From Aplysia californica (taxonomy: Eukaryota): 64,000 bases of DNA. The DNA is taken from positions 233,949 to 297,948 of the forward strand of contig NW_004797776.1 of NCBI RefSeq assembly GCF_000002075.1, written 5' to 3'. Below, one piece after another: positions 36,601-46,238 of the stretch. How positions within the stretch are numbered: the stretch's first letter is position 1; the number at the start of each line of letters is the position of its first letter. Both the position numbers and the translations under genes were made by a program. Below the pieces are notes generated by a model, which saw only the letters and a list, made by a program, of their open reading frames with translations, had not been told where the DNA came from and searched no databases.

Positions 36601-38620
36601 GATTTAATGACATTGTGTAAAGTTAATAAGGTTATGTCTCGGAAATATCATCTGGGTACTTGCTGCAATTGTATAGATCCTACCCAAATATGCAGGTAGT
36701 ACACTGATATTGCTGTGAGATAGTTGCTTGGATTAACTTATGCCACTGTTAGGACAAAAATTCAATCTTCACGACTGCCTCTGCTAAAACTGTACGGTTG
36801 CCCGAGAGGTGCAATGTCTGATTTGACTTCCATCTCTAGTAGGACTGAAGCAAGCAGATATCGACTCAGCAGAAACTCCCCCAACAAGCCACAAGCCAAG
36901 TTCAAGAACTCTATCAAAAGGATTTGAACCAAGGTCATTTGCCCTATTAGTTAAAGAATTAGAATGAAGGTCATTTGCATCATTTTGTAGTTTGGTACTG
37001 AGCCAACAGTGCACCCTGGGTAACTGTTGTCCTCCACTCACGTCGTAACGACACTTTGTAAAAGGATTTACATTTTATTATTTTCAGGCGAGTACATTTC
37101 ATTGTACCACCACCAGAGGGCATTGTTGCAGCAGCGAGAGACACAGAAGAACGACTACATTGCTCAGCTGGCCCGAGACAGGGAACAGCTACAGGTGAGA
37201 GGCAGGGTAGAGTAGTGTGGATGAAGTAGGGTGCATGGGATGAATGAAGTTGTTTGTTGTTCGGATGGGTAGATGTGGTGGTCATCGATTTTTCTGTGAA
37301 GTAAATACCCAGAAGGTTGACGTAAGGGCATAGTGGTACTGATATGGAAGAAAAAAAGAAACAAACATGATTGTACTATTGGCAGGGGCATGTCTTTACT
37401 AAACCACTCAAAGGAAACGTACACAAGGATAATGATAATGGAACGAAGGATCAGACCTATTATAGAGAGAAACTTAATGCAACATTATGCAGTAATTTTT
37501 TTTATTAGTTTGCTAGTTTGTAAATCTTGTAAGGGAGGACCCATTTGAAACCTGAAGAAGTCATGGGGAATGATGTACAGAAAAAAAAAGGGACGACATG
37601 GAATAATGTCATGAGGCTAGTCAGGATAGGGAAAGGTGGAAAGTGTTTGTTCACGGTCTATACCCTGGTGCAAGGGGAGAAAAGTAGTGATGATGATGAA
37701 GTTCCTGTTGTGCACATTGTCCACAGGACAAACTGGGGGAGTTGCAGGTTCTGGTGATGCAGCTCTTGGGGGAGAGGAACATGCTGCACAGCTACCACGA
37801 GGAGACCACAACTCACTCGCCACAGCACCACCACCCCGACATGGCTGTCGCACAGCAGCAGCGCCCACAGAAACAGCAGCACCAAGCTCTCAGCAACGGG
37901 ACCATGAACGCCTACGAAAATGGTGAGTGCTGCTGATATTGGAATGAGTTTTTGTTCTTGGAATTCTGTTTTATGGCAACGACCACGGTAGTTCATTTTT
38001 CTGATGGAATGTTTTGACCATTTTGTTCTTGCTTGATGTCTCTGAAGTCTTTCCAAGGCTTGCAGTTGGGCATTTGTTGAGGCAACATTGGGTGATTACA
38101 TATTAGATTATTTTTTTTATCTTTCTATCATCTTTTGGTTTGAAAGTCCGAAAATCTTTAAGGGTTTAAGTACTTCTGAACTATGACTATAGCAGAGCTA
38201 TTTGAAGAGACCGTTTGTTTTTTGTTGTTTCAATCCAAGCAGTATTAGTGGAAGAGGTTTGTTTTCTTTAGCATTAGATTTGTCTTCATTCTCAGATCTT
38301 CTCTCAGGCACCCAGCCCTGAATTGTATGAGCACACCTACACACAAACATGTGCACTTACACATACACACATGCTCACACACACTATCAATTTCTGTCTT
38401 TCATCTTGTATAGCGAGCTTGAGTTAAACATGTCAAACAAATTATTTGCTCTTTCATTTTTAGACTGGCCGGACTACACTAGCTCTGAGAGTGACACAGA
38501 CAGCGAAGTGGAGCCGATCGTTGGAGGGCAGCAGATGCCGGCCACGCCAGACTCTGAGATGACGCCGCAGTCCTCTCCCCCTGACTCCCCACGGGACGGC
38601 GAGGAAGTCGCAGCGCACAG
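2059..38620 (+). CDS. GOLGA2: Golgin subfamily A member 2 / GM130 orthologue, multi-exon gene span; first exon upstream of the window, 3' exons out of order, some middle exons missing
   Basis: Spliced translation contains GM130 hallmark segments: LKQFQ (N-terminal basic region), [88 protein letters not shown] (GM130 C-terminal domain) and a C-terminal CxxC...IV*. Exon phases are continuous from 2059 to 31208. Confidence 0.93.
2763..2839 (+). CDS. GOLGA2: GM130 exon ([26 protein letters not shown])
   Basis: polypyrimidine tract-ccag|...CG|gtgagt, 77 nt, phase 0-2, matching the next exon. Confidence 0.75.
4471..4534 (+). CDS. GOLGA2: GM130 exon ([21 protein letters not shown])
   Basis: ccag|G...GAG|gtaaac, phase 2-0; conserved STESL-QLS-Q-NGL motif. 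Confidence 0.9.
5425..5935 (-). mobile_element. tRNA-derived SINE
   Basis: Minus-strand head GGGGCTCTCGTGGATGAGAGGTTATGGTGTTCGCCTCTCA...GAGTTTGAATAC is tRNA-like with degenerate A/B boxes. 3' tail GCGCTCATATGGCCTTATGCAGTTGCCAGCGCCGTAAAAC plus an A-rich end is shared with other repeats here. Confidence 0.7.
7355..7411 (+). CDS. GOLGA2: GM130 exon ([19 protein letters not shown])
   Basis: tcag|TCG...GAG|gtgcta, 57 nt, phase 0-0. Confidence 0.8.
9919..9999 (+). CDS. GOLGA2: GM130 exon ([27 protein letters not shown])
   Basis: acag|GAG...CTT|gtgagt, 81 nt, coiled-coil composition. Confidence 0.85.
10788..10889 (+). CDS. GOLGA2: GM130 exon ([34 protein letters not shown])
   Basis: ccag|CGC...CAG|gtgagt, 102 nt, phase 0-0. 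Confidence 0.9.
11594..11687 (+). CDS. GOLGA2: GM130 exon ([31 protein letters not shown])
   Basis: tcag|GTT...G|gtgagt, phase 0-1; [10 protein letters not shown] is a diagnostic GM130 motif. Confidence 0.95.
11750..12380. repeat. degenerate ~33-bp tandem repeat interrupted by a gap
   Basis: recurring GAGTGAATGTGTG-G----GGGTGGACTGA units. Confidence 0.7.
12957..13063 (+). CDS. GOLGA2: GM130 exon ([36 protein letters not shown])
   Basis: gcag|AG...AAG|gtcagt, phase 1-0. Confidence 0.92.
13140..13178. repeat. (CA)n microsatellite
   Basis: direct inspection. Confidence 0.95.
15838..16240 (+). mobile_element. ~390-bp SINE-like retro-element, long family copy 1
   Basis: CCCCAGGGCAGTGCT...GGCCATTCCCAAAGGGG...ATATGACCTTATGCA-TT-CGAG-GCCGTAAAAC with (AAAAC)n tail; 6 alignable copies in the window. 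Confidence 0.85.
16965..17342 (-). mobile_element. long SINE-like family copy 2
   Basis: reverse complement of the family; flanked by TSD TGAGCATGTGT (16941 and 17344). Confidence 0.85.
18040..18545. promoter_or_regulatory. candidate intronic CpG-rich regulatory element (RFX X-box plus nuclear-receptor half-site cluster)
   Basis: GTCGCCATGGCAAC at 18176-18189; TGACCTTTGACCT at 18267-18279; AGGTCA at 18285-18290; CACGTG at 18294; CpG visibly denser than in the flanks. Confidence 0.45.
20168..20356 (+). mobile_element. ~180-bp short retro-element family, representative copy; others at about 3532, 3792, 4042, 15331, 15642, 16370, 18627, 19336, 29126, 35506, 47313 (+) and 57175-57320 (-)
   Basis: GTGGGTGGTTGGCGGGTGCTCTGGTGTGGTTTGC...GTTACTCTCTTGTAAC...ATATGACCTTATGCAGTTGCGAGCGCC...(TAAAAC)n; 11-13 bp TSDs visible at several copies. 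Confidence 0.85.
20590..20945. repeat. 24-bp minisatellite with alternating variants
   Basis: TGTGAATGTAGCTTCCAGTAGCAG alternating with TGTGAATGTAGCCTCC-GCAGGGA, roughly 13-14 units. Confidence 0.9.
21548..21637. repeat. compound (AG)n(TG)n microsatellite
   Basis: direct inspection. Confidence 0.95.
22930..22988 (+). CDS. GOLGA2: GM130 exon ([19 protein letters not shown])
   Basis: tcag|AAT...AG|gtaagt, phase 0-2. Confidence 0.85.
23838..23979 (+). CDS. GOLGA2: GM130 exon ([18 protein letters not shown]...[11 protein letters not shown])
   Basis: tcag|T...CAG|gtaagt, phase 2-0. Confidence 0.92.
24912..25004 (+). CDS. GOLGA2: GM130 exon ([31 protein letters not shown])
   Basis: ccag|CTT...CAG|gtgagt, 93 nt, phase 0-0. 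Confidence 0.88.
25965..26072 (+). CDS. GOLGA2: GM130 exon ([36 protein letters not shown])
   Basis: ccag|CAT...CAG|gtactc, 108 nt, phase 0-0. Confidence 0.88.
26293..26420 (+). mobile_element. ~130-bp related short repeat, representative copy; others at about 17838, 19950, 24035, 29052
   Basis: GTGGTTGGAGGGC-CCACTGGTAGGTCCTACTTCT...ATTATTGTGTC-ATGTGCTTCTCTTTACTCAAAC recurs 4-5 times. Confidence 0.65.
26434..26845 (+). mobile_element. long SINE-like family copy 3
   Basis: same consensus sequence and tail. Confidence 0.85.
27386..27473 (+). CDS. GOLGA2: GM130 exon ([29 protein letters not shown])
   Basis: tcag|GTA...G|gtgagt, phase 0-1. Confidence 0.88.
28397..28559 (+). CDS. GOLGA2: GM130 exon ([19 protein letters not shown]...[10 protein letters not shown])
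   Basis: acag|AG...AG|gtgagt, phase 1-2; Pro-rich hinge followed by QV-DN--L-R as in GM130. Confidence 0.9.
29388..29580 (+). CDS. GOLGA2: GM130 exon ([13 protein letters not shown]...[24 protein letters not shown])
   Basis: acag|A...ATT|gtgagt, phase 2-0; strongly conserved GM130 segment. Confidence 0.95.
30027..30140 (+). CDS. GOLGA2: GM130 exon ([38 protein letters not shown])
   Basis: ccag|AGC...GTT|gtgagt, 114 nt; NME----LQ-EQH motif. Confidence 0.92.
30420..30578 (+). CDS. GOLGA2: GM130 exon ([12 protein letters not shown]...[24 protein letters not shown])
   Basis: tcag|CTG...CAG|gtaaat, 159 nt, phase 0-0. Confidence 0.92.
31074..31208 (+). CDS. GOLGA2: GM130 exon ([17 protein letters not shown]...GEGRNEI)
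   Basis: tcag|GAT...ATT|gtaagt, 135 nt, phase 0-0; last exon before the 31290-31389 gap. Confidence 0.88.
31553..31905 (+). mobile_element. long SINE-like family copy 4, slightly 5'-truncated
   Basis: same consensus from GCCATTCCCAAAGGGG to the tail. Confidence 0.85.
32122..32458 (+). CDS. GOLGA2: GM130 terminal coding exon (LALYNDQDS...His-rich...[13 protein letters not shown]...[15 protein letters not shown])
   Basis: cccag|A, phase-2 acceptor; open frame to TAG at 32456-32458; TA-KI--LL segment and CxxC-G---V end resemble invertebrate GM130 C-termini. Confidence 0.88.
35995..36398 (+). mobile_element. long SINE-like family copy 5
   Basis: same consensus; approximate TSD AAACTATACAGATAC / AAACCATACATAC. 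Confidence 0.85.
37088..37194 (+). CDS. GOLGA2: GM130 exon ([36 protein letters not shown])
   Basis: tcag|GC...CAG|gtgaga, phase 1-0; matches the GM130 C-terminal-domain motif GEYI-LY--QR--L. Confidence 0.93.
37727..37922 (+). CDS. GOLGA2: GM130 exon ([21 protein letters not shown]...NAYEN)
   Basis: acag|GAC...G|gtgagt, phase 0-1; KL-ELQ-LV--L--ER motif. Confidence 0.9.
38464..38620 (+). CDS. GOLGA2: GM130 penultimate exon ([18 protein letters not shown]...EEVAAHR)
   Basis: ttag|AC...AG|gttaga, phase 1-2; its phase-2 donor fits the acceptor at 32122. Confidence 0.82.
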
Positions 38621-41600
38621 GTTAGAGAGGTTTGGGTTTGACTAAGGCTGGGGCCTTTCAGAGCTGTTGTAAACATGTGGTGGTTACACACACCNNNNNN
38701 NNNNNNNNNNNNNNNNNNNNNNNNNNNNNNNNNNNNNNNNNNNNNNNNNNNNNNNNNNNNNNNNNNNNNNNNNNNNNNNNNNNNNNNNNNNNNNTTTGAA
38801 TATAAGAATGGTTGAACTCAATTATTTTTGCTTTCAGGCATGTTTAGTCAGTTTTTATTTTACTGAGGCTAATTCAAATCTTGGTCAGGGCAGAGGTTTC
38901 CACTCCAGTTCCTGTGTTTTGAACGTCTTTTTGGACGGACTTCTGAACCATCGGTGCGACATGAACTATCACTGAGTTTTCTAGAGTTGGAGTCCACTTA
39001 AATTGAAAACAGTTAATCCGAAATTTAATCAGTTAATCAGTTAATCTCTGATTTTTTATTTTTTCTGTTTGAGCAAGCTCTCTAAACTAAAAACACAGCT
39101 GCTAAACCGAAGAAAATCCGGTGGTCCTGCAGATTTTGGTTGAAGCAGAGTTAACTGTATTCCTGTATCCATGCGCTCCCCTTCAACAGACTCTGTGAAT
39201 GTAAATAAACTTTTTAACTGAAAGGAAGTCATTTTTACTAATATGGCAAGTCGTAGTCAACCAACATATGTGTATATATATATATACACATGTGTATGTA
39301 TATGAAGCTGTGTCAGTATATACCAATATACATATATTGTTGCTGTTGTCTAAAAAGATCTGAGGACGGGAGTTGTGCCTTCAGAGTGACGTGGTACATA
39401 GTGAATGGAACCACGTCTTTGCCATCCTTCTATGTGGAATTGACATTGTCCACTGTGCAAGTTGCTCTTCTCTACATGATGTGTGTGTGTGTGTTTTGAG
39501 TGTGATTGTGAAAGTTGCAAGTTGTGAAGAGTGTTTGTACCTGGTACTTTAAAGTTTCAGGTTTCCGTTCATCAGTGATGGTGTGTGTATGTATGTATGT
39601 GTGCATATTCATAAAAGAAGCTCATGGCAACGTTATGTTGCTGGTGAAAGTGTATATGTTATTTTTGCATAGATTAGATCAGATGAAGGCTTACAATGTG
39701 TTTCATGGTAGTATTTATTTAGTACTTGGCATGGTTTTCTATGGAACATTTTTCAGTTTGATGCTTTCTTGGGTGGATAAACTTCAAGGCTGCTTTTCTT
39801 CATGATTCTTTTCTGTACGTATTCAGAAAGGAGAGGGAAAGGTGGCAATTGGAAGGGGAGATAAGATGCTATTTATTAACTTTGCATGCGTATCATGTCG
39901 TTTAGTAGGAAAGGGAGCCCTTGTACCATCGTTATCTTCTGATGGGATCATGTGAGTGAGCGACCTCTGCAGAAGTTTTCACTCACTACTGGCCTTATGC
40001 ACAAAGCGGAGATCTTCCAGTGGTCAGTTTATGTGAACGGACTCCTCTGTGCTCTATTGTCCTGTTCGTGTGAAGAAAAACTCCATGACTTTTGGCTGTC
40101 GTGATTTGCAGATGTAGTTCCTACTTTATGATGTAATGTGATGTCCCTTACCTCTATGTGGCATGTCGGTACCAGCTTGCAGATGTTTCTCGTGCTCCCT
40201 TCTCTTTTGTTCCTCTTCTGTTGCATGCTGAGCTTTGGGGCAGACAGATGGTGTATCTAGTTAGTTCTGTTTGTTTCGTCTTTTAGTTTCCTCGGGTATT
40301 CTACGGGTGGTTGATGGGTTCATAAATGTAGCATGCTCTTAGTTCTTACTTCTTTTTCAATGTAACTGTTACCCTGATCTGTTTCCTGGTGAAATGAGGC
40401 AGGTTCCATATATGGACCTACGATTTACTACAAGTGGAAGAAAGTTTTTGTGGTATGTAACCACCTTTGTCTTGATTTCTCCTCCAGATTGAATCAGAGT
40501 TACACTCAGTTAAAAAGCAAATAAGTTTTGTAATTTTCAAGTCATGTGTTTGTCTATTTGTTGATATTTCGGTTATCTCAATGAAATTTGTGACTGGTAT
40601 ATAGCTAGATATCATAGCATTCATGAAATTTTTTTGTTGACTGTGTGAAAAACTGTGGGGAGGGTGGGGGGGTTGCATGTTGTCAGTGTTCGACTTAATT
40701 CATGGTCTGCCTCTAGAATTACCTTTCCAGTATCCCCACCCTTGTTTTTTCCCAACTAGAATTTAAGTTGACAATTTTTCTTTTTCAACTCTTTGAAATT
40801 GATTTAGTTAAGAATGAGGTATTTATGGGAAGAAACATTTGCCCTCAAAGATGATGATTTTTTTCCCCTTTTCATTTCAGAAATTGCTGCTGGGCATATA
40901 TCAGATAACTCCACATATTTGTTTTTTGTTGTAATGATACCTGTTTGTCAAATCATCATCTTCGATAGTGCTTGGTCTGGAGGGTTTGCAATAACAAATA
41001 CATGTGTACCAAATACTGGAGCTCAGTCTTTTCCTATTGGGACCAAAATAAGGCATGCCACCGCGTTTTGCTCAGAATGTTTGTCTTATGAAGGAGTAAA
41101 ACGTGTTTTTGTATTATTCTGCTACTGTGTGCGCTCATGCATGTCATTGTATTTGTGTGGGCTAAATCTTTTCTTTGAATGTAGGCCTACTCACGTTGAG
41201 ACATTGCCTATCAACTGTCACGCATTCTACCTTATCCAATAGACATAAACCGATGTGTATGCCTTTGCATTGACAAACTTTCAATGTCACACACACTCTT
41301 TGTGGCCTATAAAACCTCAATTTTACAGAAGGTGGGAAAATGATTGAAGTTTGTGGTACTTCTGACCAGATCTTTTGTTCTCAACCTCTTGCGAAGTGGT
41401 CAGCGTGAAGGAAAGTCGTGCAGATTTTACAGCAAGATGTCGAAATGACTGAAAATTTTAGCCGCTCGTATTGGTCAAGTCGAAGCTCTCCTGTGATAAA
41501 AATATGTGCAGGCCCAACATTGAGCCGTAAAAAAAATGTGTTGCTAATTTTAGTTTCACAGATAGCAATCCTGATACCGAGGATATATTATATACATGAG

Positions 41601-42133
41601 TGAAGCATGGCTCTGTGTACATAGTGTACATTTTCGTGGGGGAGATTTTTTTCTTCAGTGCATGTACAGGTGTACACCATTTTATTTCGCAGTGCTAGTG
41701 TGCTCTTGGTTTTGTTTCGCTGATCAAGGGTACACTGTTTAGTTTCGCTGAATGCTGCAAGTGTATGCTTTTTCGTTTTCCATCTTTGTTTCTGCAAGTG
41801 ACTGTGTCTGTCCTTATGGCATGGACTTGGTTACTACTACCACTGCAAAATGTATTTCTTTCTTTCATTTAAATAGGATAAACAAATACTAAAGTATTTC
41901 GCCACTACTGAAGAATCTGTGTCTTTGTTTATTGTGTAAGTCTGTATATCTGTGTGAAAATGCAACAGAGTGGGGTCAGGGTGACTTGCTGGTCGAGCCA
42001 AGGATTTCACAGATTTTTGGATGTAGTATCATGTATGATCTAGATTGTGTTGATGGGGGCATAAAACACCTGTATTAAAAAATTTTTAAAGCAAGGATGG
42101 AGGCTGTTTGTTTTAGTAAAGAGAAACGAAGTG

Positions 42134-42948
42134 ATTATTCAGACTCGAGTCCGAATATGAAAAAATGTTATTCGGACTCTGATTCTTGTCCAGCATGACA
42201 TCACTTCCAACTTCCTGTGACTCGTGACTGCGGCTTCCTGTCCTGCCTCACTCGTGACTCGCCTCAGGCTGGGTAGAGACCGGGATCACTTCGGGCAAAA
42301 AGGCGTTTTGTGCAGGAGCCGAGTTTTAATCTTATGATGAATTTGAGGCCGGCCTGAAAAGTTATAGCGCTTCTAATAAATGTTTATTTGTCAAGAGGTC
42401 ATCAGAAGCAATTAAAGATGGCTCGTTAGCGTGTGTCGGGGTCGGATGGGCGGCCTGCACACGTGTGGCTGTGTGTGTGTCGGGGAGGGTGGTGGGCACT
42501 ATCGGTCCGGGCGTTGAACGTCGCATACACGTCAGTCTTTTTCCCCCCGGCAACTGATCATTATTACAATAATAATAAGCTAGTCTTGATGTAGATCTAC
42601 GTTATGAATTGTGCGCTGGTCTATGGAATCAAAAGTTGCTGTATGCTCAGCTCTACACAGCAACACAACTTTTTCTGGATAAACAGCTCATAATATGCAG
42701 GTGCCAGGTGGTCTGCTAATCTTCAATTTCACCTTTTTCTACAACAAAGAAAGTGGGAAACATGGGGGGGGGGGGGGGCGTATCAATGAGGCGGCGGGCA
42801 TCGGATCGGCAGAAAAGGTGGGGGGGGACTAAAAATGGCGGAAAATTGGAAGCACTGAACGTTAGAACTATAGAACGAAGACACTTCCTTTTTTCCGGAC
42901 CCGAGTCCGAATAACATTTTTTCATATTCGGGCTCGAGTCCGAATAAC
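42134..42948. mobile_element. TIR element whose ends are built from the palindrome TTCGGACTCGAGTCCGAA
   Basis: ~45-bp inverted ends TTATTCAGACTCGAGTCCGAATATGAAAAAATGTTATTCGGACTC / GAGTCCGAATAACATTTTTTCATATTCGGGCTCGAGTCCGAATAA; the same terminus occurs at 402-486. Confidence 0.7.
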
Positions 42949-45900
42949 GACGGCCAAAGAGAAACATCTTGAGATAATAATAGTCCTGAAGTGCTGGGGA
43001 GAAGCAAAGTAAAACAGTAATACCTACAAACTGTGCCCTCCTAACAGCCTGCTAAGATGAGGGCTGTACCGTACTATCATCGTAGTTTTCTGCATGGAAA
43101 GTTTCAAATTTATGCGCAGAATTTTATGCCCAAAATGACCAAATTCTGTCAGAATTCTGCAAGGATTGCGACCATCTTCTTTTTCCATACTACTTTAAAA
43201 AATAAGTTCCAATTAATCATAAGCTGAGAAGTAGCAAAGGAAACACTAAAAAACCCATATTATAATTAGCAGCATACAATCTGTATTTTTGTTAAGAAAC
43301 ACAAGCTGATGACATAAAACACTAGCAAAAAGTGTGACCCATAGTAATGAGACACAATACTAGCAGAAAGTGTGACTCATAGAAATGAGACACCATTGTA
43401 TAATGTCAAAACCAAGTGAGCTGGCCGTTTGAGCTATTTCATTACATTTGTAGCAGGTGGGGTTCATCCACAGAGCACGATTTTGCAGTGCCGCCCAAAA
43501 AATTTTTATGTTCGATTTCGTAAAGCACCCACAAACATAAAATAAAAGAAGCCAGAAACAGACACTAGCCAAATATTATATCAAAACAAGGTCTTCACTG
43601 GCGCCGTATCTGTCATCTCTGTCTATAGCGCCGTAAAACATCTACTATGTCATGACAAAGTCCATGCGCTTTAACTAAACAAAATAGGATATTCAACAGA
43701 GGTTACCTGACGTTTAAATCGCTCTTAGGGATAACCCAAGCGATGGTGACACTCGTAGCAAGTTTGGTGGTACATTAATATTAATAAGATGGCACATCTC
43801 AAATGTGCACCCACGAAACATAGCCCACAGTAGGCAGTCTAAAAATAAACACGATAAACTGTTCACTATTGTACATATATGGCAAAAATATGTGAGTCCC
43901 GGAGCAATCCAGCAGACTGCTCAAGTGAATTGTGATTGGTTCATTGTCATGCCACTGACAAGTGACTCTGTGACCCTGAACCTGAGGGAGGTGAATCTGA
44001 TATACTTAATTAAGCCACCGTCCTATGAGTTGTGTATTTGAATGGGTTTGTATTGGAGTGGTGAAAGTTATTAATTGAGTGTTCAGTTCCAAAGCAGGAT
44101 GAACGAAATTGATGTTTAACTAACAAACAGATTTAGTTCTAGAAATCAAAGCGACAAGTAAAGAGAATGAAAATAAAAGTATATGGTCCTTCACCAACCC
44201 AAAGATCCTAAAAGTATACACCATCCCATTTACTAAGCCCTTGACTATCTTCAACTTGTGATAGCTTAATTGTGCACGCCCACTTTTTAGCCCTACGAGC
44301 CGCCAATATGTAGCCGACTACACAAACTCTGCAGTCTATTCTTTTGATCAGGCAGCCCGTGAAAGCCTTTCAAGATTGGCGTTACATGATCAAACTTTTT
44401 CTTTTGAACTATCAATTATGCTGCACAATTGTCAGAATTTATTTGATGAGGAAAGCGCTATAAATAATAAATGCCAGTTGTCTTTGTACATTTATCCATT
44501 TTTGTTGAGAAACATAGGCGATCTTGAAATCCCATCTAGATCTCTATAGAATCTTGATTATAGATCGAGTTTGTTTACAAAAACAAACAAAAAACCACTC
44601 TAGCTTCCGGTGAGAGGGAGATCACCGACTTCGTCAGTCCGGTTAGGTTTACTTTTTTTTTTCGCAACTCTTCGTCTGATTCAAGCATAATAATGCTACA
44701 AAATTCTGCGAAAAATTAAAATTCCGCAGTTGAAGTTCTGCGGTGCGATTTATCCACCCGCGGAAAACTACAATGACAGTGGACAGTCTGCAGGATGAAG
44801 GCAGACTGACTTTGCAGAGTTTTTCACTGTGGTTTAACAGACACAGTCACACACAAATGACCAACAAGATCAAACATATATAAAAAATATCACAGAAAAA
44901 ATTGTATTGGATTCTTTCTTCAAACATCAGTCAACAACAAAAGCAGCCAGCAATGCATGTCTATGAGTGCAATTACATCGCATAGATATATTAACAATTT
45001 TTTTTTAAGGTGGGGGAGGTGGGGGGGGATCTTTTTTCTTTTTATTTTAATGGAACAACTTCAGCATCATATATCTTGCTAAACCACCACATTCTTTCTT
45101 TACCGCCCATTACCCGTGAGACATCACATGTGTAACTTAATGTGAAGCATCCTGATTTCATAAACTCCATTTTCCAGACGTGACCTCTAAATGGGAACGA
45201 TATCCTTTCCCAGCCATCATAAATAGAGAACTTGATGAAATATTCACAACCTCACCTCAGACCGCAGGAAGAGGGTGAGAGGATAATGATTATGAAAGAT
45301 CCTCTATTCCCTCTTAGGGTAAAAATAAGATAAACATGAACTTCTATTGCTCAACAAATTTACATGTGTGAAAAATCTAACACACATGTAAAACCGTCAG
45401 ACCTACTTTAACGACTACCTCTACCTAAGATAATAACCTTATAATACAAATGACCATTTCCCATTCCATCTTTATATTTTTTCTATATATATACATATAT
45501 TATAATGACAGTGTCCAAGAGGAATACCTGTCTAAGAAGACCACTTTTCTCCTCCATGCAATGTCTCGTCGCCCTAGACATGTTTAAGACTTGGACTTAT
45601 TAAGAGTATTTTAATGAAGGCCTGTCGTTTCCTTTCTGTATAAGCCTACTTCCTTTGTCTGTACTGCTAACAACAACAGAATTGATGTCGGCATCTATAA
45701 TATAAGATAACCTGCTTGTCCCCAGTGGGAATTAAAATTGTACAAAAAAAAAAAATGCAGCAGTCTCATTCTTTTTTTTAAACATGTTTCAAATAAAACA
45801 TTACATGCTACTTTACACAAAAGAAACCCCTCACAAGAAGTAGACAAAAGCCATTGTTCAAGTTCAATGTACTCACTTGTTTTGTTTTGTTTTTTGTTTT

Positions 45901-46067
45901 TTTTTTCAACAACCATAATTTCTTCGTGCATGAGCTTTAGGCTTTAAAAATGGATTCAGGGCCACAAATTCAAATAAATAACAACAGTTTTCTGAACATC
46001 AAAACAAGATAACGTTCACACCTGGCATTACAAGTGCAATAGTGTTCAAATTTGATCATTAGAATTA

Positions 46068-46238
46068 TACAATGGAGTCCACTTAAATTGAAATCTGTGG
46101 GGCTTCTGGATTTTCTTTGGTTTGGCTGGGTTTCCAGTTTAAACAGCTTTCTCAAACAAGAAAAAAAATTGGGGATGCTACTTTCGGTTAACCCCTGATT
46201 TTGAAATGACCAAGTTCGATTAAGCTGACTCCACTGTA
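46068..46238. mobile_element. short Tc1/mariner-type MITE; diverged relative at about 38985-39160
   Basis: TACAATGGAGTCCACTTAAATTGAA ... TTCGATTAAGCTGACTCCACTGTA; TGGAGTCCACTTAAATTGAAA recurs at 38988. Confidence 0.55.

Noticed and set aside
32122-38470. Exons at 32122 and 38464 both begin ag|ACTGGC, hinting at mutually exclusive duplicates
   Set aside because: They use different phases and share no further similarity; they fit better as consecutive exons.
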